Of a stretch of 64,000 bases of DNA, positions 42,901 to 58,181 are shown one piece after another. Source of the DNA: Klebsormidium nitens (Eukaryota; Plantae; Klebsormidiophyceae); contig DF237164.1 in assembly GCA_000708835.1 (NCBI GenBank), positions 74,226-138,225 on the forward strand. The letters are read 5' to 3'. The position numbers and the translations under genes are program-made. Position 1 is the stretch's first letter. Each line of letters opens with the position of its first letter. The notes under the pieces are model-generated. The model was not told the DNA's origin and did not search any database. It saw only the letters and a list, made by a program, of their open reading frames with translations.

Positions 42901-45734
42901 TCCGCAGATCGAGCGGCTCGCGGCCGCGATGCGCGCCGTCGACGCCGACACCGCGGTCGCGCCCGCGGGCGCCATCGTCCTGGACGCGCGCAGCGAGCTC
43001 GTGTACAACAAGCTGTTTGCAGGTGAGCGGCGTCTTCATTATCTTCGCAGAATCTCTTCGTTTTTCTTTGCGTCTCCATCATTCAAGCTTATAGTTTTTC
43101 AACCACTTGCTGTTCGCAGGTCAGCATCGTCTTGGCTATCCTTGCCGAATTACCCGCTCTCGTTCATACAAGCTTGTTTTTCCCTAATCACTTGCTGTTT
43201 GCAGGTCAGCCGCGTCTTTGAAAGCTGTTGTTGCACTTTAGACTTCATTTGCATATCCTATCCGTATCTTACCTTCTCTCTTCACGAGCTGTTTGCCGAT
43301 TAGCAGCCTCTAAGATAATTTTTACCGGCTCGTCCCTTCTGTTTGCACCTCCTTTAGTTGTACCTTTCTTGCTCCGTTCACCGATCGTCGACTGAAAGAG
43401 AGGGGCGTCTCTCTTTCCGTTCATCTCGTTCAAAGGTTCCCTTTCGGATTTTCTTGTATCATATCAAAGTTGTTCCGTCTTTACATGCTAAAGGCCAAGA
43501 AAGTGGCCGCCTCTTCCCCTATCTGTCTCCTCTTTTCGTCTTCTGTCCAATCTGTGCCTTCATGTTGTTCAAAAGCGGTCATCGAGCGAGGGGGCGCTTC
43601 TCCTTCATCTTTAGTCAAAGAGTCTGAGCTTTCCCCCCTGTCCTTTCACTTTTCGATGACTGCCGACTCTCGACTGATCTCAAGTCGAATCTTGTACGCA
43701 CCTCCCTTGTTCTCTTTCATCCGTTCCATTTTTGCGAGGCTTTAACCGTCCCCGCTTCGCGAGATTTTGCAAGCTGGAGGCCTGCTCTTTTCGTGATCCC
43801 CTCTCCCTGTTTATTACAAGCTGTTTGCGAGTGCGAGGCAGCTTTCCCATCAAACCCGCTTTTCCAGAGTCGCAGTTTCCAAAGCGTTCCACATCCTTGC
43901 GGATGAGGAGCTCCTTCGGTCAACTCCCTTCGCAAAGCTTCTTTCGACCCTCTTCTTGTTCCCAGTCCCTCAAGACTTACGGCTGCCGTCTTTGTTTCTA
44001 CGTTGGCTGCCCTGTTCCCAGCAAACACCTTTTGTCTCAAGGAAATTGGCCGCCTTGGCTCTCCTTCTTTCGCCGTAGGTTTTTGATTTGCGACTTCACT
44101 GCAACGCACGTCATTCTAGTGACGCCGCCTGTCTGATCCAGTTAGGTCAACCCAAGGCACTTTCAGTTGACCTAAACACAGGGCGCTTTCGCGCTTAATC
44201 AACACTGGTAAAAGGCAGTCCAACCATAAAATAAACATACACATAAACATAAACCAAATAAACATAAACCACCTTGTCTTGGTAGAAGGGGCACTTAATC
44301 AGCCACAAACCAAGCTTGGTTAACATGAATTTCTCCCAGTGAAACTTCTGCACAGTGTGGAGACAGCCAGCGGTTTCGTGAAGCGGGCGGCCGGAATGCA
44401 CAAGAGATTGGATACGGTTCGTACAGCAGGGCTGAAAGCAGTAGCCAGTCCATGCTTTGGTCTCCACCTACAAAAGACCGTGCACGCTTACATTGTGCAC
44501 CAAAGGATTCCGGCGTTTCCGCGCTTCGTGGAGATTGCTTTTGCCCAAAGTAACCTAGTTCATCCTCTGCTTGCAGGCGTCTCGTATCCCTCCAGCCTGG
44601 ACTCCTACATCCACATTCTGCAAGGGCCGAACGGCGCTTCCCTCTCCAAAGACATCCAGGGTTCGTGTTACTGCTTCCTAACTTTTCCGTCCCTTTTCAA
44701 TTCCTTCAAACGGATGAGTGTCGCCGCGCCCTAAGGTAATGCCTCTCGGCATGCTTTCTTCGGCGGCGAAAATAAGTCTCACATTGGGTTATATTCTTCT
44801 TTGAGGATTGTTACGCTTTGAACGAACGACACGCTTGGGCTTTCCAACCGCCCAATTGAGCCAAGAACGACGAAAGTGTGACCTTCTACCGGCCTGTTTC
44901 ATTTCTTGAGAGCGAGTTGCGAAGTTAAAACCTGAATGTGCAGTACACGGTGTGTCATTCGCACCATGATTCAGTTGTCGACTGCTGTGATCCAAAGCCT
45001 GCCAGTGCAAAACAAGCTTTTGGCTCCGGACCGAGGGTTTCCGGGATCACAACGGCCACGTGCACCGGCTTTCCGAGTGTTTCCAAGTGTGTGATACTAT
45101 GCGAGGACAGTTTAGACCAAGAACGTCGCGGACGAGCGATAGCGCTGCTTTGCTTTTGTTGTCCTGTCTCTAGAATACTGTCGGACGGAAGGGAACGCGA
45201 GACCATCGTCTTCGTACTTTGGACTCCAGCTCTTACTTCCTTGCACAGAAGCGTTCTATCGGGCAACCTAGAAACCGTTTCCGGCACTCGCGACGAATTT
45301 TCAAGTCGGTGTCCTCCTCTCAATCCTTCCCTCCTGCGGAAAAAAGCAGCCGCTTGGATGTCGCATCATTTGGATTCTCCTAAAGTTTCTACTCGCTTAA
45401 AAAACAAGCGCGATCCAAGTCGACACACCGTCCTCGGCTGATCTTGTCAGCAGCAATTACCTACGTAGTATACTTTTGCAAATCGGACCTCCCGAGCAGT
45501 TTAGGGGACGAGATGGAGCCCCGTCCTGATCTTTGAACGTAAAACCTTACGAAGCGTCCTCCTTCGCTTGCAGGTCTGTGGAGTCTGCAGTACGACGAGT
45601 TCCTGTGCACGGCGACCGTCCGCAGCCTGTTGTGGCCCGGCTATTCGCTGTACTACAGTGCGTCCGACAGAACCTGGGGGTCGCTCTACGTCGGCAGCGG
45701 GCTCAAGAACGAGGACGTGGCGTTCATGATATGA
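39970..45734 (+). CDS. RSPH9: Radial spoke head protein 9 (motile flagellum)
   Basis: Exons 39970-40101, 40821-40936, 41805-41992, 42457-42530, 42908-43022, 44577-44660 and 45574-45734 join in frame. Motifs: LWGKI...DYLLAQG, YYSQDGVKWLDL, FTGD, ERLAAAMRAVDADTAVAPAGA, VRSLLWPGY...YVGSGLKNEDVAFMI. Confidence 0.88.
40500..40650 (+). repeat. Degenerate GACCACTTT-type minisatellite in RSPH9 intron 1
   Basis: gaccacttt, gacccac and gacccca variants recur. Confidence 0.5.
43005..43305 (+). repeat. Echo copies of the RSPH9 exon 5 3' end plus donor
   Basis: Functional CAACAAGCTGTTTGCAG|gtgagc; copies at 43100-43125 and about 43185-43210 (GCTGTTYGCAG|gtcagc) and a weaker one at 43283-43304. Confidence 0.7.
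44226..44270 (+). repeat. (ATAAAC)n-like simple repeat
   Basis: The unit can be read directly in RSPH9 intron 5. Confidence 0.7.
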
Positions 45735-46889
45735 TTGGATAAGCATGGAAACAAATACCGAGTTTCAGATCGACCTTCTCAGGCGTGGTATATGGTCTGT
45801 TACGGATCGGAATTGCGAACGTTTGTTGCGATGAGCAAGATACGTACGCTCGACTACAAAGGACACAACACCTATTACTTCTTCAGTTCCCGCTCAGTCT
45901 CTAACTGACGTTCTGCTGGCCGGTCGGCACCGTTGCATCAGCCTGCACCTACTGAGCCTACCCTAGCTGTCTCTCCTGCCCCCCTTCAATCAAGTTGATG
46001 CGTTTCAAAAGATCATCTGTCTGCATGATGCCAGGGCGGATTGAGCTAGCATGGCAATTTGCAACCCTGAACCATGACGGTTGTCTAAACGACATGCACT
46101 TCTACATTGAATTTGCACATTGCCATATGTTATAATACCGCACACAAGCTATGCCAAAGCTCACGCGCATGCCAGTTGATGACTTGTGCACAAGTTTCAT
46201 GAAAGACAGCGCCTGCCTGATCCTGTATGCATGTCCATGAATCAGATTCAGCATGATCACATGCAGTCCGTATCTCAGTGTACGGTTCACGGCGCATGAT
46301 CTTCCCGTAAACAGTCACGGCAGATTGACTGGCGCGGGCCCGGCGGCAGCTCCCAATCATATGTTTTGCACACTGCATGATGGAATTGTGTACTAACGGT
46401 CACTGCAATCGTTTACTGTTATCGCCTCAGGTATGGCTGCGCAAGTTAGTATGCGCTAGGAAGCCGCACGTGCTGGAAGAGGTCTGGCTTCAAGTACTGT
46501 CAAGCTACCCTGACTTTTGACAAGTTGAAAGTGACGCGCCGGGGGCCACAAGAATGAGTCGCTTCAATGTGCCAACGAACTTTTTGCATCTTACGAGCGT
46601 ATGCGGCAGCGAGACTGTCTGGCAGCGCACAGTGGTCTGCGGAACCTGCATTGCTGACGTGTAAAACTCAGGCTTGAAGCAAACACATTATGCAACAAAA
46701 TGAATTGTCGAAATGTTGACGCTCGCAAATGTTTGATCAGCATAAAGAACTGTTCCAACGACAATCCAGAAAGAATGGTGGGAGCCTAGACATCGTATCA
46801 AATCAGATCGGATCTCCCTTGATAACAAGTCTCATCTGATAGTAGGAACTGAAACGCATCTGGTTATGCACTGCTTGACTTGCGTACAC

Positions 46890-49190
<2,301 letters not shown>

Positions 49191-49805
49191 GGTTGCTGGT
49201 TAAACCGGAACAAGGAGGGCCAAAGGGGAGAGAGTTGAGGGAGAAGGCGCCCGAAGAACGTTGGAAAGTGGATCACGAGAAGTGCAACGCCAGTTGAAGG
49301 ATCGTTGAATGAAGCATTCCAATAATCAATTGCTCGATTTTGCAGCTACCGTAGATCATCTTTCTCCGCAATTTTCGAGTGTCCCCCGTTGACTGCAGTT
49401 CACCGCCCGGGGACCCTTACCATGGCACCGGGCAGCAGCACCTGGTGCAGCAGTACCGAGCACATTCTAGCGCTACGAATTAGCTCACCCGCAGTCACCC
49501 GGGTCCTGTTCTTGCCCCTTCTGGACTTCCGGCGGCCATCCCCGGTGCTAGCTTCCACAATACGTAATTGCATTTTCGTATCACGTTGCGAGTCTTCCAT
49601 CGAGATCAGCACATTTTTCGCGGGCCAGCATTTTTCGTGTTGCTCATGCTGCGCCTCTTCTGAGCTTTGGAACAAGCTAGCGTGGTCAGCATCCCTGTTT
49701 GGGGTGTACGTACAAGGCTTCAAAAAGGCGTGGGGGGTATTGTGTCCCTCGTTAAAGAGTCAAATTTTTTGCGTCGGAGTTGGGCTATATCTGCTTGCTG
49801 TTCGG
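49191..49805. promoter_or_regulatory. Divergent promoter and UTR region between beta-tubulin 2 and ADF
   Basis: 615 bp lie between divergent start codons. Confidence 0.5.
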
Positions 49806-51243
49806 ATGGTAAGTGCGCGCTTTGTTGGCATCTTTTATCAGTGTTGGAAAAGTAGCTAAACCAGCCGCCTGCCTTCAATGATGGTGTTTGCTTTACTCAT
49901 TCAAACGCGTATTGGTAACAGAAGCCGCTTTGCGTCTTGTCCATTTTGTTTCTTCCTGACAGATTCTTAGCTGCTTGAGCAGCTAGGTTGATGCTCTTTC
50001 CACTCGTGCGATGGGAAGAAATTTCTTCCGGTACACAAAAAATTGCTCTGCTTCAGCTTTGACAGTTTGGCCCAACACTGTTTTTCATTGATGGGACTGC
50101 TTTTATTACGTGCGGTTTGTTTGTACATTGTCCCTGCTCCTCTGTCCCATCACTCCGAAGATGCTGATGCTGCAACTTGTGGCACATTAGATCTGCCTCC
50201 TTTCTTTTCTAGGCTACCCGCATACATCCCCTTCTGTTTCCAAGAAGTGCACAATGTTGTCTCTCCCAGGCGAATGCATCCTCCGGAGTGGGGGTGGAAG
50301 ATGACTGTAAGCTAAAGTTCCTGGACCTGAAGAACAAGAGGGCCTACCCTTGGATCATCTTCAAGGTGGACGATGCAAAGGGGATTGTGGTAGTGGAGAG
50401 GCTTGGGAAGGCTGACGAAGACTACGAGGTCCTCCGCGCTGCATTGCCCGAGAACGATTGCCGATATCTTGTTTACGACTACAACTTCGTCACGGAGGAT
50501 AACTGCCAGAAAAGCAAGATCTTCTTCATCGCTTGGTAAGGGCCTTGCTGTTTGCTTTGCCAACCCTCGGGTGTGAAGAATTGTCCGTTCAAGGGGTGGT
50601 GGGGCAGGCTAAGGAAGTTGTGCTGTTGGATTGGTGTGAGGTGAAACCGAGAAACCCTTCAATCGCTAGGGTTCCAGGGGCAAATTTCCAGAGGCAATTT
50701 TACTTGGCTGTTAGTATCGAAGAGCAAAATTTAGGGTTTCATATACTGAGGAAGGATTCAGAAGTTCTAAACCATTGCGCTTCATGCGGCGGGCAAGTCA
50801 AGCGGGCACACCATGTTGCTGTCACTATAACTTAATAGCAAAGTTGCCACGCTGAAACTTCGTAGTACTCTGGAGTACAGGGACGGGTGCTCCCAGAATT
50901 GTTGTCATCGCCTCAGTATACTTCGGGCTGCTCTAACCGTTTTCAGATCGTGCTTCTCACCACCTGAGATGCAAGTTGCTTTGGTTTCTGTGTTTTTTCT
51001 CAACATCCTGATGATGCTAGCAACACGTCTTGCTTCAGCATCTCTCCAGATTCCATTCAGATCAAACATGCAACTTGTCTCTTTTACAGGTCACCGGATA
51101 CTTCGCCCGTCAGGCGTAAGATGATTTACGCAACCTCGAAGGACAGGTTTCGACGGGAGCTGGATGGAGTACAATTGGAGATCCAGGCCACAGATCAAAC
51201 AGAGATAGACATAGACGAGCTCAAGTCTCGGGCAAACAGATAG
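49806..51243 (+). CDS. ADF: Actin-depolymerizing factor (ADF/cofilin)
   Basis: ATG-only exon 49806-49808 (ATG|gtaagt), then 50270-50535 and 51090-51243. Sequence [22 protein letters not shown]...LPENDCRY...[35 protein letters not shown]. Confidence 0.93.
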
Positions 51244-52487
51244 CATTGTCTACCACGAACCGCGAGTCTGGATCCTGTGAGGACTTCAGATTCGAAGACG
51301 TGTTCCAACGCTCTGTCAATTGCTTGCTTCTTTTGACCGTTTGACCTTTTCGAGGACACGGGCTTTCTGTAGTTAGTGCTTCGAGGAAGTGTTTCGAAGC
51401 TGGTTGAGCATGCTTCGTATCCTTTCTCAGAGATGGTTCTATTGTATTCCTTGTGGTTCATGGAGTTGGCGCTGTAGGCAAATCTCACGACATTCACTGT
51501 GTCAACGTTCTTTGCATATTAGCTGTACTTTTTTTGCCCCAGAGCGGAACCAAGCGAGCCACATGGGTGCCAATGGCGTGCCGACGCTGGTGCAATATTT
51601 TGCATTTGGTTGCACTTCTGCTATCCTCGCCAAAGTAATCAAGGGTTCCAAGTATGTACTGCATGTATATGGATCGCGTAAACACAATATTGCATGCAGT
51701 GAGTCAGGCCGGCTCAATTGTCGATACTGATCCTGCCCGATCATGGGTCGCAACATGATAAGCGCGGGCCAAAAGGTGCACACTTGACTAATTGACGCAT
51801 GGTCTGATTGTCCATGGCAGCATGGACATGTATCGATATAGCTAGCTACGGATTGATATGCGCTAGCTAGGCTCGACTTGTAGACTGCGCACATGGGATG
51901 CGGGACTGCATTGCATGAAACTTACTCGAATATCCACTATGACGTACCCCACATGAATGTAAAGCGATCAAATTATCCATATGAAACATTGTTGCCCCTT
52001 CAAGTTCAACTGCACTGTCTCTTTCGCATGATATACGGACAATCGAATTGGATACCCGGTCAACCCCGTCCGGTCGCTGCATACTTTCTGCACACTGTGA
52101 TGGATGGTTACTTCTTTTCAAGACGGATGCATAGTATGATTGAGGACCTGAAAGTCTGAGCAACGCGAGGAAAAGGTTGTCTAGAATGTCGCTGTTTAAA
52201 CGCATCCAAAAAGGGCAACAATGGAGGGAAGCGAGCCTGTATGAACATTCTCATCAGCAGTCCGCTTATCTAGTTTTGTGACTCCGAGCCCGAGCATGCA
52301 TGTTGAATGATGTTCATCAGAAAGCTCGACTCGAATGCCCTACATCTACAATCGAGAGAACATTCTCATTTTGGCTGCACCTAGAAATTGAAAGAATAGG
52401 CCTAAGCATCCAAGTCAGAGCGCCTCTGACTTGGGACACGTGCAAATTGATCTCTAACATCCTCTGTTATGTGTGGCGCCCAGTGAA

Positions 52488-55051
52488 TCAGGGCTCGACT
52501 GTCTCTAGAAGTGGTGCTTGTTGGTTCTCCATGTCAGGAGCAGGAACACTTTCCCCTTCTACAACGCTTTCATCCATGGCCTTTTGCAAGGCTCCCTTTG
52601 CATAAGCGGCTACTAGGGCAATGACCATCCCGACAGCTGGAAGCCCAGCGGCTAAGTATATCTGCACTCCCAGAAGTCGAAGTCAGCTTACGTGCAACTA
52701 CTTTGCCGCTTCAGGGCAGCCATTACAACCGGAATGTTCTAGATACTTGTTTTCCACAAAGGGACAGGCTTTCAGAAACAACCTCAAAGTTTGCTTCCCC
52801 AGCTCTTACACACACACAGGCTATACATGACAAGCATGATCCACAGAAAATGACGACAGAAAGCGCTGCAAGAGCTGTTGCGGCTTCAGCTGACAGATGA
52901 GGAACGTATCAGTACAACTGCTCACCCAGTGTTTGTATTCGTGGTCGCCCTTCCCAATATCTGAGATGTTCTTTATGGTCGTCCCGATATATACAAACAT
53001 GAATGTCATTGGCTGCAGGGCAGACACATCAACTGTAAGATGAGGCACCAGACCAGGACCTCCTCAGACTCCACTGCTTGACTATCTGAAGCTGATATAT
53101 TCACCCAAAAGACTCTAACTGAATTGCTCCAAAATGAGCTGCTCAACTCTGCTGGTCTGTTGGTGACGAGATGGATAAAGATGCTGATACGCTATACTGC
53201 CTTCAACCTTGCAGCACGCATCCGATCTGTAAGCTTCTGTTGAGGAGCAATCTGACAGTCTGGCCAACAGGAATATGCAGGAACACGGTAAGAAGTTGAA
53301 AATGTTCAAAATCTCACCAGCATTCCTAATGAGGACGCTGCCACATAAGTCTGAATGCTGATGGGGGTGACTGACAGAAGATAGTTGAGGGCAGTGAAAG
53401 GGACAAGAGGCACCAGTCTTAGCAGAATTACAATCTGTAACAAGAGCAACAGAATCAGAGTTAGCGTCCTGCAACTGTCACTGCACCAAAACACCAAAGA
53501 GAGTCCACAAACAGAGCTGTCTCCATTCCTGATAGAAGGCGAATCTTGCCAAACCAACGGCTGACAAAGAACCTTAGGTCACGCAACTTTTGCAGCACAC
53601 ATTCAAAGAGCCAAGGGCATGCTGGCAACCACCAAGATGGTCAGTCAAATTCTGTGCAAGTCCCAAAGGAGCCCCAAGGCTTTGCAACTTACTCGAAATC
53701 CCGATTTCTCGATCGCTGCCTGGATTGCTTGGAATTGTGGGTATGTCTTCAATCTTGAAACAACATAACCCCTTCCAACCTGCGGACATGGTTCTTCGAA
53801 CCAGTTAGCCAGTATTAGCAGCTGTGCAAACATCACTGGCCATCTGTCAACAACTGATTCCTCTTGTCCTTGACATCAAGCATATCACAAGCCCTGGGAG
53901 GACTCATCGCACCCCAGCAGCCAGGATAGTAAGCAAGCTAATGGGCAAAGAACAATCAGGTTATGGAGCTAAGGGATTCAACGGCTAGATATGCGAGAAT
54001 GGCGCCCAAACCAGGCATGGAAAGCGTTAATCATGCCAAAGCTCACCGATCTTCCCAGTATGAAAGCTGCAGTAGCGCCAGCCGTAGATCCGATGCAGTC
54101 AAGAACAAAACCAAGGGCCAGGCCATATATGTATCCTCCTCCCATCTGCCAAAGACAGTGTCCATAGGTGAGCAGGATAATTGCACTCTGGGATGCTGAA
54201 CAGCCAGATCTCGCGGCTATGCTCTTTGGAGCTTGACAAGCAGAGGGAACCAGCTGGCTGCCCGACAAGATCTCTTGAGGCTACATTCATTTTCCAGTCA
54301 ACACCGTAAACTATTCAAGTGGTGCAAAAGCAGTCAGGAAACAGACAAAATTTTGCACCAGGAAACAGACAAAAACGTATGGTTGGTTTACAAAGGTTGT
54401 GCCACGAAAGTGCTGGGAACAGAAGGACTGCACAGCCAGCTTGATCCAGCTGAGGTATTGGGTAAAGTGTCCTGCTCAGAAAATGAGACACGTCAGCTTG
54501 CTGATCAGACAATGCAGCGCTGTTTCTGCAGCTCCATCCAGCACAACAGCCGGTACCCGGTGCTATGCTCAGCACTTCGAACTTGCAGCGCGGTTGACCA
54601 GAATCCTTTAAAATCCCTGACTGGACATTCCCCCTGCCTGCCCCTTGTCCAGGAGGCCAAAATTAGGGTTTCAGAAAGTGTAATGCCAGCAAAAGAATCT
54701 AGCGGTTGCAGCGTTTGGAGCTTCATACCAGCTCACCGTGAGGATCATGCCAGGGAAAGCCAGAATCGTGGCTGGAATATACGCCAGGATCAAAATGAGC
54801 GGACCCCATGGGCCAACGTCCATTTTCAGCCAGAGAAGGAACTCTTGCAGGAGCCTGTTGACTGGCAGCATCGTCACCGCTGCAAAGATGCCGACCAAAA
54901 GGAGCGCGCCCGAAGCAACTTTGAGAAGGCCCCCCCATGTGATTGATGTAAGAACCATCCTCAATTTCCGCTGTGACCACCGGAGCCAGTATGGTACCCG
55001 CTGCCACCCCACGGCAGGCCTACGGACCTTGGCCTGCTCGGGGGCGGTCAT
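52488..55051 (-). CDS. TVP38/TMEM64-family (SNARE-associated Golgi / VTT domain) membrane protein
   Basis: Exons 55051-54737, 54145-54047, 53779-53693, 53434-53318, 53012-52926 and 52661-52488 join in phase 0. Motifs: YIPATILAFPGMILTMGGGYIYG, GATAAFILGR, FRIVILLRLVPLVPFTALNYLLSVT, PMTFMFVYIGT. Confidence 0.9.
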
Positions 55052-56329
55052 CAACGCTCTGCTGCCCTCCCCAGCCCCACCCACCCTCAATGACTGTATC
55101 TGTGTATGCTAGTACAAGAAGTATTCCTCCTTTACGGCTTCGCTTGGACTCCTGCTCCTGATTCCACCAGGCTTTTAGAGCCCCTTGTTACATTAGCAAC
55201 AGCGGACAAGAACCTGCGGTCGTTGCACTGCATTACATCCAACCCACATAGGGACTTCACTGCATGAGACGGCGCACATTTGCCATTGGTAGGCGGACCT
55301 ACAACTAAGACTTAGGTAGCTTGCTGTGCAGAATGAATTCACACGTAACCACCAACTGTCAAGGCAGAAGCTTGTCCGCCATTATGATCCCGGATCAGCA
55401 GGGCTCGGCGACCTGCCTTCCAATTTCAAATGACAAATGTAAAGTCGTCTCTTGGAACCGTCTGTTCATCACTGTACCAGGATTCAGCCTAGGAGTAGGA
55501 CGGTCGGCAATGTTGAATGGGCATTGAAAGACACCCCCAGAGCAGCAGGTCCGAATTTGGCGGGCGCCAAAACTAGTACCACGGTCCACAGGGCCAGCCT
55601 GGGCCCCGGCCCCCGGCCCAAATAAGTACCGTACCTCCGGTACATACCATACAGGTAATCGGAGGCACGAGTGACGAGACACCGGTGCGCATTTCGGAAC
55701 CCGGCATCCAGCGGACACTGGCCACCTATACCTAGCTTCATTTACCGTAATTTGCGGTGCGTACTTATATACTATATTTTAAAACCAAGTTTTAAGACTA
55801 CCGGTAACCAGCCTTAATGAGTGATCGACCTGGCGACCTCCCCTCTTATGTGCAATTTGACGAGGGCATTTATCCGTTTCAGTTGATGCAAGGTAAGCGG
55901 CAGTTGCCACTTGGCAAGAAGTGCGGCATTGCTGCGAGCCGCGTGCCGTCGGTAGTGCATCAATTCCAAATGACCACATTCACTGGTCAGGTGCCTGGTG
56001 CTCGGGTATCTGAGGATCTCTACCCCCGAGACATGCGATACGGCCTTCCAAACGGTCGCGCAAACCGGTCTGGAACTGGTCGGGAAATGGTTTAGGTAGG
56101 TACGGTATCCTGTAGGTTGGTTCAAGGTTGGTACCTACTCATGATCTTCAAAATCTCAAACCAAACCCTGCTCGAGCCCGGTAAAGTCTCCCGGCTGGTC
56201 TTAGTGGCCTACTATTGAGGTCGGTATACCCGGCCCCGGCCAAAAGGAGGGCGACTCGCAAGACACTCCGGGTTAAACACAGCACGCTGGCGACTGCACA
56301 GATATATCATAAATCCCCTCAGCTGTTGG

Positions 56330-56445
56330 CATATGATTGGATGGCCGACCACGTGAGCCCGCCGCCTATTTGGGCTGTCGACCGGTTAGAAGGCGGGATT
56401 TGGATTTGCCATGTCAGCACTGACACTTTGCGTCAGCCAATCAAG
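56330..56445 (+). promoter_or_regulatory. Candidate promoter (CCAAT boxes plus G-box) in a CpG-rich island
   Basis: ATTGG at 56336-56340, CACGTG at 56350-56355 and CCAAT at 56437-56441. Confidence 0.3.
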
Positions 56446-58181
56446 ATGCGCGGCCCGCCTGGTTTGTGCACAATCCTCCGATACGCTCTGTGCAGCCTCC
56501 GAATTCATCTTCCCGATGTCCTGGCCGAGTCAGAAAGGGGCCATGATGCTTTGCTGAGTGCGCATGGGCGCATGAGGGTGACGATGAAAGGGGCGCCAGC
56601 CTAGCCTCAGGGACCTTCAGCTACTAGGTACAGTAGGTAGAAGGATTAAGGTCAAGCAATTGCATTTTCCCTGTAGAGGTTCTCAGAAAAGCTTAGCCTT
56701 ATGTATTCTGAGGAATAGTTTCTAGGAATGCGTCACTTCATTTAGGATTAGCTTAGAAAGCAAGTAGCTGCCCCAGTTCGTGGCCAACTCAAGCAGTTGG
56801 TCTTTGAGCAACTGCGAGAGTTTGGAGCTGTGGAAGCATTCTGCGGCTCCTTGGGCGGAAAGGTGTTCCATCTCTAAGCTTATGGTTTTCACTCGCCTGC
56901 CCTGGGAAGGACTTGTGCACATTAGTAAGCAACATGGCCGGTCAGCTTCGGGTTGGCGTACCATTTGTGCAGCTTATGCACAGGTTAGCTGAACTCATAC
57001 TCGACTTCCTTCTTGTCTGTTTATTTTCTGACTCACATGAGACATTCTGCAATCAGAGCAAGTCATGCATGGATACCGGACCTGTGAAGCAAACCGAATA
57101 GGATAGCTTGTGAAGTTGCTCATAAGCAGTTGTGTGTTTTGAGGTAAAAGGGCAGGTTTTACCAATCTTGGCAGGGTCCTTCTGACTTTTGTCAAGAACG
57201 ACACTGAAATTGCAAGAGTTTTGTGGAGCGAGTAAATACATTTTATCCTTGAAGTATCAATCTTGGACGGTTTGTCAGTTCAATTTGGTCAGAGCTCTAC
57301 CTATCTATATGCCCAATATGTGTCTGGCTGTCGAGATTTGTATAGCGCTTAGTCTCTAGCCCTCACTTTCAAAGTACATGTCTACTTATGAAGGATTACT
57401 TTCTAGGACGGACTTGGGTTGCTGAGTTGTAAACAGGTGTCTTTGCTGAGAACATCCTCAGTGTACAGTTCCGCAGTAGCCTGCGAACTACATGTATGAC
57501 TTCATGAAGAGATGAGTGTTACTCAGGTATTTGGTTCTTTAGGAGTTTTTGTCCTCCCGGTTTATTGACTTCTTTGGGCTCAAACTATGTTTGACGAAGA
57601 GGGTTTTTGTCTTCCAGCTCCTTTAGTCTGCGCTGTGCGGTGACTTGAAAGATGATATCATGATTGGGATTGCATTGTGTGTATATTAGGCTTCACAAAG
57701 GCTGATGTTGCTCTCCATTTCTAAGTGTCTGCTTTGAAATAGTATCTTACTTGGAACCACTCAGGATACTCCCCAACAATCCATGAAAGTTGCCTCTTTT
57801 GCAGGGTTTTGCCTGGAGGGCACTATGACGTCTTTCAAGCTTATAAACAACAAGTTTTGTACCCTCCTCTTCTGGTAAACTAGAAATATGCTGGACTGCA
57901 TCACCAGTTTGTGAAGGGTTTTTGAAGGTTTGAGACAAGCCACCAAGCCCAACCACCAAGCCCAATTACATCCAAGTTCTGTGAAGATACATGATTGAAT
58001 CTTGATCAGAGTGCTTGCTTCCCCTAAGGCTTCAAGGCCAAACCTGCTGTCGACTGACAAGTTCTTTCCTTAAGCATGTTAATTTTGTTCCTTTGACCTT
58101 GTCCCAGTAGCTCGCTAATAGTAGATTGTCAATTCAGCTCGTTCCACCAGTTTTAATAGAGCTGGCTCTTTTCAACATCTG

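Noticed and set aside
50730-50739. TTTAGGGTTT telomere or telo-box-like words (also near 54663 and 62208)
   Set aside because: They are single intronic or intergenic copies, consistent with chance.
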